This document shows, one piece after another, positions 11,640-22,446 of a stretch of 64,000 bases of DNA (its first letter is position 1; every line of letters begins with the position of its first letter). Where the stretch lies: assembly GCA_964252035.1 (NCBI GenBank), contig OZ176205.1. One strand, 5' to 3'. A model generated the notes under the pieces. It had not been told where the DNA came from. It worked only from the letters and a program-made list of their open reading frames with translations, and did no database searches. The stretch comes from Podarcis erhardii (Eukaryota). The position numbers and the translations under genes were made by a program.

Positions 11640-11760
11640 ATTGTGGCACCTTAAAGACGAGCGCATTGGTTGTGACATAAGGCTTGATAGAGTCCAGTCC
11701 ACTTCATCAGATCAGATGCGCTCAGTCCACTAAAGTTTATGCTATAATGCGTGGTTTTTA
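11640..11760. mobile_element. Degenerate Penelope-like terminal-repeat remnant (two pieces in opposite orientation)
   Basis: GTGGCACCTTAAAGAC...CCACTTCATCAGAT (antisense, containing CTGATGA) followed by AGTCCACTAAAGTTTATGC (sense). Shares GCACCTTAAAGAC with the 16.3 kb element. Confidence 0.5.
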
Positions 11761-11914
11761 TGGCCTTCTCTGCGGTAGCCCCTTCCTTTTTGGAATGCTC
11801 CCCAGGGAAGCACGCTGCAACTTTGCTATCATGTTTTTATTAGGTATTACTGTAGATCTCAGACATTAAGAGATCTTTTACAACATAAAATTACAAAAGG
11901 AAAAACATTGGATT

Positions 11915-12055
11915 GGCTAGCTCAGTTGACAGAGCATGAGGCTCTTAATGTCAGAGTCGTAGGTTCAAGCCTCACATGGGGCAAATGATTCCTGTATTGC
12001 AGGGGGTTGGACTAGATGACCCTCGTGGTCCCTCCCAACTCTACAATTCTATGAT
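11915..12055 (+). mobile_element. tRNA-Lys(CTT)-derived SINE with CR1-like tail
   Basis: Head GGCTAGCTCAGTTGACAGAGCATGAGGCTCTTAATGTCAGAGTCGTAGGTTCAAGCC (A- and B-box-like). Tail GCAGGGGGTTGGACTAGATGACCCTCGTGGTCCCTCCCAACTCTACAATTCTATGAT. Confidence 0.85.
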
Positions 12056-12067
12056 GATATAATAATA

Positions 12068-12280
12068 CAGTGGTACCTCGGGTTAAGTACGTAATTCGTT
12101 CCGGAGGTCCGTACTTAACCTGAAATTGTTCTTAACCTGAGGTACAACTTTAGCTAATGGGGCCTCCCGCTGCTGTCCTGAAGCAAAGTTCTTAACCTGA
12201 AGCACTATTTCTGGGTTAGCGCCGGAATCTGTAACCTGAAGCGTCTGTAATCTGAAGCGATGTAACCCGAGGTACCACTG
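12068..12280 (+). mobile_element. Tc1/mariner-type (Tigger-like) MITE, 213 bp
   Basis: TIR CAGTGGTACCTCGGGTTA / TAACCCGAGGTACCACTG; TA duplicated at 12066-67 and 12281-82. Confidence 0.9.
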
Positions 12281-14041
12281 TAATGAGAACAAAAACAAGC
12301 CAGCAATCTCTCCTCCCCCTTCTATCGCGCTTCTTATCTTTCCGAAAGTGGCTGACCGAAAGGGGAGAGACTGGAAGACGGAGTAGCGATGAGCTAACGT
12401 TAAACGCGGGAGTCGGTCTGTCAGTCATCCGGACATCAAGGGGGAACTAGGGCTTCGTGATACAGGGAAATACAAAGAGCCCAATCAGCAGATTAGGCCC
12501 GCTTCCCTTAGACGTGAGGATTTCCCTAATGATGCTGCTTCAAGGGGACTCAGCCGCCGCCTGACGTCTCTAACCCAGGCTCCAAGATCGGAGGAAGGAG
12601 GCCGAGGAAGAGCTTCCCCCTCCCCAGGGAGGCGCTCACGACGTTGCTGGGAAGCCAGGAAGATCAGCCCCAGAGCAGTCACGACTTGTCCGCCGGGCCT
12701 GTCCTGCACGCTGCATCCGGGAAACACGAGCGCCACTTCCTCTCGCCAGAGAGGAGAGAAAACGAAGGCGGCAGAAGGACGCGATCGCGGGATGGGGATG
12801 AATTAAGAGTCACGTCTCGCCCTCCTTAACCCGGCACAAGATCCTAAGAGAGCTCCATTTAGGCCGGAGGGGTGTCTGCGCTCCCGTATGACCTCGCCAC
12901 AATGGGCAAAATAGTGCTCCGAGCATGTGCAGAGTGCTGCAGCCTTGCCCCTGAAAAGTCACATTTGGGCACTCCCAGAGCTTGACTGCACTGCCTTGAG
13001 CTGCAATATATCTTCTTATACAGAAGGAACCAGCTGGCACCTGGTGACTTGCAGATCACCAGAATTGTGAGCTGGTACACTATGCAGTAATATTTCAGCT
13101 TTAAGATGCAGAGGCAGAGTGGGGGTCTGTCAGCATATCTACAAGAAGCCGTGATAGAATAATCAATGCAATTCTAAGCTTATTAATCAGTGGCTAAACA
13201 CTTGGTATCTTAATAATAATATAATAATAATTTATTATTTATACCCCGCCCATCTTAACTGACCTCCATTCAAAACTCCCCTTTGGCAGGGTCTTCAAGC
13301 TCCCACTGCACTCTTCAAAACACTTGCTACACATTTCTTGGGACACAGGAAATATGCAAGAAAAAAGCAATGAGGATTCTAAGAACAGTACAGATTGGGG
13401 TAGAGGAACAGGCAGTCTCAGTGCCAGAACAGATGGCAAGCAGCAGCAGTCTCAATGGAAAAAGCATCTCTCACATCCAACCATAGACAACCGTCTCATG
13501 CATCAATATTCCAGCCTCAGCCATAATAGGGATGAATCTCAGGTGCATAAATGTTGTTGCCAGAGACTTCAGTCCTTTTCACACCCATGCTCCCCATACC
13601 AAAGGGGCAACCTCACTTTTTTGCACCATGGAACACAACTTGGAATAGCAGGGCCAGAGGTAGTAGTGAAAGAAATTAGAAAGGAAGGTTCTTTTTACAC
13701 AACACCTTAGATAAGGTATTTCTCCACTGTCACATAAAATAAATATTTTAAATATGGAGGAATACAGAGGAAGGAGATGAGAATTAAGTTGCCATAGGGG
13801 AAAAATGAATGTGAAAAGTGCACGAAGGAAAGGAACAGTAAAAGACGAAGATGAGGTGGGGTAAAGCTTATGGAACAGATTTTGCAGAAAGGGGGGGGGG
13901 AGTTATACCTCTGCAGCCAATGTCTGTATTTAGCTTGAGGAAAGCTGAAGTATGGAACTTCCTGCTAAAGGGAAATTGCTGTGGTAAAGAATTCAGCAAT
14001 TTCCAAAGAGGGACTGGATATCAATAGCTGACAGCTAATTA

Positions 14042-14207
14042 CAGTGGTACAAAGTTAAGAACTTTGCCCCAGGATGAGAACAGAAATCATGCACCAGCGG
14101 TGCAGCAGCAGGCCCCATTAGCTAAAGTGGTACCTCAGGTTAAGAACGGTTTCAGGTTAAGAACGGACCTCCGGAACGAATTAAGTTCGTAATTAGAGGT
14201 ACCACTG
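14042..14207 (-). mobile_element. Same MITE family, reverse orientation, internally deleted (166 bp)
   Basis: CAGTGGTAC ... GAGGTACCACTG ends with TA flanks; the interior is the reverse complement of the 12068 copy. Confidence 0.85.
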
Positions 14208-14483
14208 TATGTCAAACTCCACCTAAATTTTGTGGCTTGTTCTGGCCCTGCATCGCCAATTTGTGCCTAGTAGACTTTAGTAATTTTCAGCTTTCTCCAG
14301 TGGCCCTAGGAAAGTTTGAGAACCCTGTTTTAGGCAATTACCAAGAGTCGTATGTAACTTCTGCTAAGCTAATATAATGGATTTCCCCACCACATTCAGT
14401 GGTCCCCACTCTGCATATACCAGCAAAAATATTACGAAGTGAGGGACATCACTGTGCATAATGATGGATATCATTCCAAATTT

Positions 14484-15163
14484 TTTATTGGAAAAAACAG
14501 TGTAAAACAGGCTAAAAGACCTTAGGCCTTCATGGAAGATAATGAATTACAACTATTATGGTAACACACACAGAAATAAAATAAACCAAATTTAATTTTT
14601 AAAAAACCCTGAGTATAACAAGTCTGCATAACATAAGTGTCAAGTACATTTTATTTAGACATTCAAAAAATGTTAATGATTTCAAACACAAATAATAGAT
14701 AAACAGTTCAGCAATTTATCCAGCATTTGTTCTTCATGTTCATGCTACAAGACAAAAAACAAGATAAGGGTGACATTGGTTGACCTTGTTTTTGTTTCAT
14801 GATCATAGTAAACATTATGAAATTTTATTTCAAATTTGTGTAAGAATCGGAGCTGTCTAATGAAGTGCATTACTCCAATGCTTGAATGGACTCAAAAAAG
14901 GTTAATGCTTTAAACTGAGTAACCAAGATAATCTCGTCCTAAACCCCCTTTCCACTTCAGCATTGATGTAAGTTGCCAAAGTCCATTTTACAAAATTCAT
15001 ACATATGTTTTAAAAAGTATGTCCCATTACATATATATTTGCTGACCTTTAAGAGCATAAAGGCACATCAATAAACATAAAGGTGTAAATATTTATATTT
15101 GAGATGACAGTCAAGCCATCACACCAGGCACACATTGAACCCTTTCCTCCCATTTAGTTTATT
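14484..15163 (-). terminator. STIL: Candidate STIL polyadenylation signals (AATAAA on the minus strand at 15158-63, 14824-29, 14650-55 and 14484-89)
   Basis: Hexamers read directly in the AU-rich region after the stop codon. Sequence alone cannot say which is used. Confidence 0.45.
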
Positions 15164-15278
15164 GCCAAAACCACTTGAAAAGAGTTGGTGGCTTCTTGAT
15201 TAAATTGAACTACAGAAAACTGGTTCAACTTGTATTGAAAAGTCCTGCAAGGTGTTGGTTGCCAATAAATCAGACAGG

Positions 15279-16098
15279 TTAAAATAACTTGGGTAACTGT
15301 CTGAGTTTTTGTACATCAAGGAAAGTACCCACTGAATTCATGTTGTCCACTTGCTTTAAATTATCAACAATAGGAACTTGATGAGTTTCAGATACAATTT
15401 GATTATCTAGATTCTCTTTGTCAGGATGCTGAGTAAACTCTGCTTTTCCAGGTAGAAGTTTCATTTGGGGCTTCAAGTCTTTAAAAAATGGATACGAGCT
15501 CTCATCTGACTGGTGAAGGATTCGAAGTGGAATGACTGCATTTGTAACATTTCTTAATATGGGACCCTCTGGATTAGACAGATGAGTACTAGATAGTTCA
15601 GATTCATGATGTGCTGGATTAACAGCTAGTCTCTCACTTCCTCTTTCGTAGGGGTCTTTCTGGCAGCTAAAACCATCTAAAATAGGGTTTAAATTGAGTT
15701 GCAGAACAGGTTTTATGTTCTTTCCTCTACTGTAGTCAGTCTGTTCTTTCTCTTCATCATCACTGCCATCACTGCTTTGCAATAGTCCATACCTTTTCAT
15801 GTACTTCTTGGTTGCAAATGACATATTGCTTGGGGAAATTAAGCCAAAGCCCACCAAAGTCTTATCAGTATTAGTGTGCAAGAGAGTCTGTACAGATGAA
15901 GCCATAGAATTTTTTTGGCTTGAGTGACTCAGAGAAAGCTGTGACAGTTGACTTTCACTTAGGTACTTGAGTGCAATAGCATTTGCTTCCATACTCAGAT
16001 CTACTCCATTGGGAGTTAAGCCACTCATGCCAACATTAGCAAAAGAGATGTAGTTTAGACCTGGGACTACAGCTTCAGGATTAATACAGGCCAATATG
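15279..16098 (-). CDS. STIL: STIL last coding exon (17): STAN domain, KEN box, C-terminal motif
   Basis: ILACINPEAV, GVDLSMEANAIALKYL, ISPSNMSFATKKYMKRYGL, DKENL, KLRQLPKLF*. Acceptor ttcttctAG|C; TAA at 15281-15279. Confidence 0.97.
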
Positions 16099-16286
16099 CT
16101 AGAAGAAAACAAAGAAAAAACAAAGTTATTTTAACTTGATGCAAGTAAGTATACAGGGCGTACCTTATTCTACCTAATTGTAGTCATCAGGTCACAAAAT
16201 GTCAATGTACTTTAAAGATAGGCTATCCTACTAGCTAAGGAGCCGAGGACAGTATTTAAAGCTTAGGTTGACAAGTCAGTCTTTGG

Positions 16287-16495
16287 TCAAAACAAAATAA
16301 AAAAATAAAAAAATTCCTTCCAGTAGCACCTTAAAGACCAACTGAGTTAGTTCTAGGTATGAGCTTTCGTGTGCATGCACACGAAAGCTCATACCTAGAA
16401 CTAACTCAGTTGGTCTTTAAGGTGCTACTGGAAGGAATTTTTTTATTTTTTTATTTTGTTTTGACCATGGCAGACCAACACGGCTACCTATCTGT
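16287..16495 (+). mobile_element. Penelope-like retroelement insertion with fold-back 5' inversion; contains a perfect palindrome at 16284-16467
   Basis: Direct repeat AAGTCAGTCTTTGG at 16273-16286 and 16496-16509. Body TTCCTTCCAGTAGCACCTTAAAGACC...GAGCTTTCGTGTGCA|TGCACACGAAAGCTCATACC...GGCAGACCAACACGGCTACC resembles reptile Penelope terminal repeats. The palindrome is certain; the family call is from memory. Confidence 0.8.
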
Positions 16496-17252
16496 AAGTC
16501 AGTCTTTGGAAGCCTAGTTTTGTCCTACAGATATAGTAGCTGCTAACTATGGCTTACTAACTCAGACAACATTGATAAATGCTTTTTGGGTCCTTTGGAA
16601 ACAGACTGCATGCCAATTCAAACTACCAATGCTTGTATCCAATGCTAATCCTACACAGAGTAGAAGCATTCAAATTAATGAACCTAAGTTACTCATGTTA
16701 TTAAGTTACTAACTTTAATGGGTCCACTCTGAGTAGGACTGGGATTGGTGAAGCAGACCCCTCCCACATAGGTCAACTTTGACAGGTGGAAGGGTTTCTG
16801 TCTCCTGCTTTAGATTATGTTCTTGCCTAAATGCTGAGTTACATGATACATAAGTGTATCAATGCATATTTTAGGATACAATGCACTTAAAAATGCATAT
16901 TTAGAAAGAGAAAAACCAAAATCTTCATGCAGATTACAACGATTTTAGATTATTGTGGGATTGAGCCTGAATAGACCTCTGAACATACACATGTGAAAAT
17001 GACAAGCACGAAAAGGACACCAACATGAATTGACTGATCTATCCATCCCTACCCACAAAAGTCATTATTTTTGGCCCTTTGGAGTATGGATATGGGAAGC
17101 CCTCCAGATGATGTCGTCTACAACTCCCATCATCTCTGAACACTGACTGTACTGTTGAAGAATATCCGATTCCCATCCCCGCTTTAGAGGGATGAAGCCA
17201 TTTATAAGCTCAGTCAGACTTTTTTGTTCTTTATTTAGAGCAATCTTTCTAC

Positions 17253-17509
17253 CTGGCATTCTCTACTTTGTGTGCACTGTTCATCATCTTGTCAGGAGAG
17301 TCAAATTTTACTCCAAGGTTCCTCAGTTGTTTCAAGGTTGCATTCAGAACAATATCTTTATCACTTAGGAGTGGATCAGGATTGACTGAGCCTCTTCTTT
17401 CTGTTTTGTTCATTTTTGAAGCTGTGGTACATTCACTGCTGGTAATGTCCTTTTGTACTGAGGAACTGTTTTCTTCAGAAGAGTCCTTCAAGAAGTGGTT
17501 CACTTGACC
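17253..17509 (-). CDS. STIL: STIL exon 16
   Basis: GQVNHFL...IVLNATLKQLRNLGVKF...KVENA. ccttAG|GGT acceptor; AG|GTAGAA donor; 257 nt, phase 0 to 2. Confidence 0.95.
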
Positions 17510-18014
17510 CTAAGGAAACGTAGAAAGGAAGGTACAGAGAACTGTAGAAAAAGCTAATCAAAGCTATAGGATATTAGCAGTCTCATACTTAGCATGCTAG
17601 GGAATAGTTTTGTATGTCAAGGCCAATCAAATATTCACAGAAGATCAGAACTTTTTTCATAATGAAATTTCATTTTAGATACTCAGAGTGACATCTGACC
17701 AAGTCATACTCAGAGTCGGAAAGTACAACTTAGATATCACCCCCAGTCATTGCAATCTTAAATTATTGTTGTGTCACATATTATTTGAATTAAAAGATAC
17801 ACGAATTACATCTTGAAAAACTATTCTGGCATGCAAAATATCAGAAATGCCTACTATGAACTGTAAAATGAAACATGAAGGCTCAATAAACAGTTGGACA
17901 ACACAAATCTGTTTTATAAAAACTGCATTTTTTAAAAAAATAAAGCCTGGTAGCTTCTCTGCTAATACCACTAAGAAGCATTGGGTTAAGGAATGATACA
18001 TCAAAATAACTTAC

Positions 18015-18210
18015 CAATATATCCTGGTAAAACTTCTGGTCATCTGGTGGGGCATTTGGAAGGTAAGTGATAACATGCTCAATATTTTGTTCATTAACTG
18101 CTACCAAATGACTGTCAGCTCTCTCTGATGGGCTGGTCTGCATGCACATGCTAACACTTTCATTCATTGATGAAATTGGGGGAAGTCCTGAGTCAGCATC
18201 TGGTCCACTA
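18015..18210 (-). CDS. STIL: STIL exon 15 (NAGNAG acceptor; alternative start 18207)
   Basis: SGPDADSG...KFYQDIL|GTAAGT. Acceptor cttcTAG TAG; 196 nt, phase 2 to 0. Confidence 0.92.
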
Positions 18211-19707
18211 CTAGAAGCAGAGAATAGTGAATTAGTAGAGAAGATTCAAATGAGTTGATTTTGAACAGAAGTGGGAAAGTAGGTCAATACTAGTGTGAAG
18301 GCTATAAAATGGGATGGTCATTATCAGCAATGCCATGGCAAAATGCAAAAGCTGTATTACGATGAGTATTCAACCATATTCTACACAACAAGTTGGAATA
18401 ACTTCAATAATGGAGAAAAAAAGTATGCCGCTTAAGTATACTCTTGTCATTCCCAAACCTCAAGCACTTCCTTGATGGAGTAAGTTTCGACCAAACAACC
18501 AAGTTAGCAACACCTGTACATTTACTGCACAGTAAAGAATTATGCAGAGTCCCTTAATTAAATAAGACTTAATGCATATTTGCAGATCACAACAAGAACT
18601 GCTATTTTAACAGCTAAGGCTAGAAACATGGATAATTAATGCCAAAATGCCTGCTAGATCATCAAATGACCCAAAGAGCAACATAGGTATTAATGGTATT
18701 CAAATGATGCAGCTTAAAGTAATCAATTGTGTATGTTGAAAGAGATAAGATTAAATCATGTACTGTCATTACAGGTTATCAGTTACTGCCAGAGAAGTAA
18801 TTTTTCATCACTCAGAAAATTTTTGAAAGCTCAATATGTGAAAAATCACTTTTAGCAACTGGGATGCAAGCTTCATCAAGAGATTGCTTGCTTGATTAAA
18901 GTAAGTTCTGTATGCCCATGACTTGTTTCTATAGTTTGAGATCCTAGTCATCAGTAAAGCTGCACATGAAGTTGCAGTGAGGCAGGCATGCTTTTTTTTT
19001 TTAATTCATCGCCTCCACAAATAAGCAATCCATTTTTACCCATGAAAAGTGAAGTTAGGGTTGATTAATGGGACTGCTGCATTGTAGCTGCCACTTAACT
19101 CAGTCATTAGCATTTCAAGCAAGTTGTCTGCAGTATCTGGTCATATAGGAGGAAAACATCTGCTAAAGATGCACAACTTTGAGTGGCTGTAGATATATTG
19201 TAGAATCTTTGCTGATTAATTCATTGCTACAGTCAGTGTTCTACATGGTTTTAGCTGCTATACTGTTTATTTAAAACAGTGAACATAATACAAAGTCAAT
19301 TAGACTCACTTTTTGGGGGGCGGGAATGAAAATAGCCTTTTTGAAACCAACCCAAATTCTTAGAATTAACATTTTAGTTCTGACAGGTGACAAACACACA
19401 TAAAATGGCTTGTTCTGAGGCTGAGCAGAGAAATGCAGACGTACAACAAAACAATGATGAATGAGAGATTACTGAACTTAAGTGAATAATACAAACTACT
19501 TCAGCTCAGGCAAACAAGGCTGCCAACTGTGGTCAACTTCTTTTACAAATATGCATTATTGAAGGCAAAGGGAGGGAACTGAGGCAAACCAATGTGGAAC
19601 TGTATGCCTCCACCAGTGTACTCCTGAAAGATCAGATGGGTTCCACACAACATAGTATATGTAGGTTATTAAAGTATGGGGAATTTAAACGAGGGTTGTT
19701 TTTTTAC

Positions 19708-19924
19708 CGGAGTCCAGAGGGTTGACTAGCTCCTTCTACAAGATGAATACTATCCACAAAACTGGGTATGTCAACAGCATTTAATGAAGAGGCAATGCTT
19801 GCTTGACTCCTGTTCTTCTCAGTGTTCATAGAAATATTGATGTCTTCATTGGATATTTCAACATCATCTTGTTTCACATGCTCATTTTTATTTTCCAAAG
19901 TAGCATTCCACATCAAACTAGCAC
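19708..19924 (-). CDS. STIL: STIL exon 14
   Basis: GASLMWNA...KQDDVEISNED...SSLNAVDIPSF. ctttAG|GT acceptor; CG|GTAAAA donor; 217 nt, phase 1 to 2. Confidence 0.92.
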
Positions 19925-20674
19925 CTAAAGTAAAACAGGAAGAAAGCCTTGGTTGAATTTAGCTAGGCTGGTGGCACCACTCTCTGTCTCTGCATGTATT
20001 GTGTATTCTATCCCAGTCCCAGATGTCCATCAACTTCATGCATTATAGCAAATCACTGGTACAGCTTGTTGCAATTACTAGCAGTTCGTTAATGTGACAC
20101 TCAGTGTTTAAGTAACTGAAAATGACAAATATTAGCAGTCCTCTCATGGGCAGTTTCACAACATGATGAGCTTGTGCATTTCATACAAATTTGGTAATCT
20201 TGATAATACCAGTTTTGGACTCTACCAGCAGCCATCAAAACAAAAGTAGTTGAAGTCACAACACACTGAAGTGTGATTTGAGGCTGTGATGATCACATTA
20301 GTAACTTCTCTTTAGCAAGACAAGATCCACTGCACTAAAAAAACCCCCACAACTTTAACATTTGAACACTGCTGTGAGCAAACCAACTCAATCACATTAA
20401 TTATTCCACAAAATTTACAGTCTTTCAAGCAATTAATATTCAGTTCTCAGTCATACTATACTGTATTGGAATCTACCATGATACAACAGTCTGGGTACAG
20501 GACCCAAGTTTGTTAGCAGAGTGGATCAAATAGGAAGACAGCACAACACTACTGGATCAAATAGGAAGACAGCAGAGCAGACTCTGAACAGCTAAAATGG
20601 CGCCCATGTCAGGTATTTTCCCACTGCTGAGTTATACCAGTGTAACTTCAATAAGGTGTACAATAAACCAATAC

Positions 20675-20837
20675 CTGTGCTCACTGCAATGCTGACACTT
20701 TTCTTCATGTGTAACCCTGTGGATGATTGGGTTTCCATGGCAACAAATTCTAGTTGCTTCTCAGACTGTATGCTACTGTTTGCTATAGTTTTGGTTGAAC
20801 AGGGCTGAAGAGTTTGTGCTTCTAAAAGCCGCTGAAT
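20675..20837 (-). CDS. STIL: STIL exon 13 (end of coiled coil)
   Basis: IQRLLEAQ...[14 protein letters not shown]. ttacAG|ATT acceptor; G|GTATTG donor; 163 nt. Confidence 0.95.
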
Positions 20838-21384
20838 CTGTAACCATGTAAGATCAGTGTTAATTATGCTGCCAAGATAATAAAAGTGGGAAAAGTAATT
20901 AGTAAATATCACTGTCATATCAATTTGTCTCTTATGAATACAGAACTATTCTTTCTTTAAGATGATTAAAGGCAGCATCTTTAAGTCCTCTTTATATAAA
21001 AATGCAACACTACTAATTGTAGAACGGAGAAAAGCACATATTGCTATTAAAACAGTTGAGTTTCATTAATTAAAACCTAGTTGGTTTCTATTCTGCACTG
21101 AACTTAATTCCAAACAACTTAATGGCTCACTAAATTGACTAGTAAACCAGCCAGCTTAATTCTGAAAGCATAGCTAACGAGCTATGTGAAACTGTTAAAA
21201 GACATAGTATTAACCCACTACATATTTCTACTAGGCTCTGAAGAGGCCACTTATTAACAGACAAGTACACAAGACCAAAGTTGTAATCTGATAATATCAT
21301 AAGTACCATGAGTGTAAAGACCATGTTCCTGTGATGAACCTAGTAAATTCTAAGCACGTACACAATAGATTTAACCCAACAAAC

Positions 21385-22446
21385 CTGAGCTTGTAGCAGT
21401 TTGATCTGCTTATCTTGTTCAGCAAGAATTTTGTAAACATCTGAAGGTAAGTTCATTATTCCATTATTGGGTCCCAACTTTGATGCATGAGTGTGCACAC
21501 AAGCCGGATACACTGCATGTGATTGTGCACTGCCAGGGTCTGAAGAACTCTTTACTGTAGCTGACATATCATCATTATGGGGGAAAAACTTCCCCACTAT
21601 CCCATGATGGCCAAGGTTCATAGGGCTACTTGTGGGACACACTGGGTTGCAGCAAGCATCTATATATTCTGTATTTTGATGAAACATTAATTGTGTACTC
21701 TCCTGGGAACTACTTGACTGGATTTCAGGTGTGTGACTGGAACCCACTGTAGACATCCCTTGCCAAACATTTGTTGGACTGTATTGCATATGGTCACGTA
21801 ACTGGCAGCTGCAGACACAATGGGGACAGCAAGGTGAGCTCTGAGATGGTATCCGAAGTTCCATGGGTCTTCTCATGTGTGGAGATGACAAAGCACAGCT
21901 GTGCCAGGAAGGCTGGGAAACTAAATGAGATTGTTTAGAGTTAGATCCTGAGGGTCCATTAAAAGGAAGCTCTCCTTTGCTTTGTGTAGGCTCATTATTT
22001 GCCAAATGTTGTTCTGGTGTTCCAAGCTGGTGGGAAGAGGTGTTGGGAGAGAACCCGCTACAAGGAGTTGAAGAAGAAGAGGAAGAAGACCCAGAGCTCT
22101 TTCTCGCTTGAGATCCAACTACACCACAGTTGGACTGCTGTTGTAGTGGAGGTTTCTTTCCATTGGAAGATTTTAAAACTGAATTTCTCTGCTTTATCTG
22201 GTTTGGTAACTGCCTTGGAGAAGGCTCTCGGGCACAGAAACCCAAGCTTTGTTTCCCAGAATCACAGCTCTGAAGTTGGTGGGGTGGATGCCCTATGGAA
22301 CATGCCATCTTAGCAGGTTGATGTCCCAATGAAGGTTGGGGTTTTTTATCCATCACCATGACATTTTTGGATGTTGACATAGACTCTGTAGAGATGCCAT
22401 CAAACACAATAGACAGTTCAGGAACCGAAGGCTGGATCTCTGTCAT
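21385..22446 (-). CDS. STIL: STIL exon 12 (large central exon, start of the PLK4-binding coiled coil)
   Basis: TEIQPSVPELSIV, RPMELRIP, QYSPTNVWQG, DVYKILAEQDKQIKLLQAQ. 1062 nt open; ttccAG|ATG acceptor; CAG|GTTTGT donor. Confidence 0.96.

Noticed and set aside
11915-11985. tRNA-Lys-like and tRNA-Ile-like sequences as true tRNA genes (also 348, 40174 and 55110)
   Set aside because: The stems are mismatched and each runs into a shared retroposon tail, so they are SINE heads.
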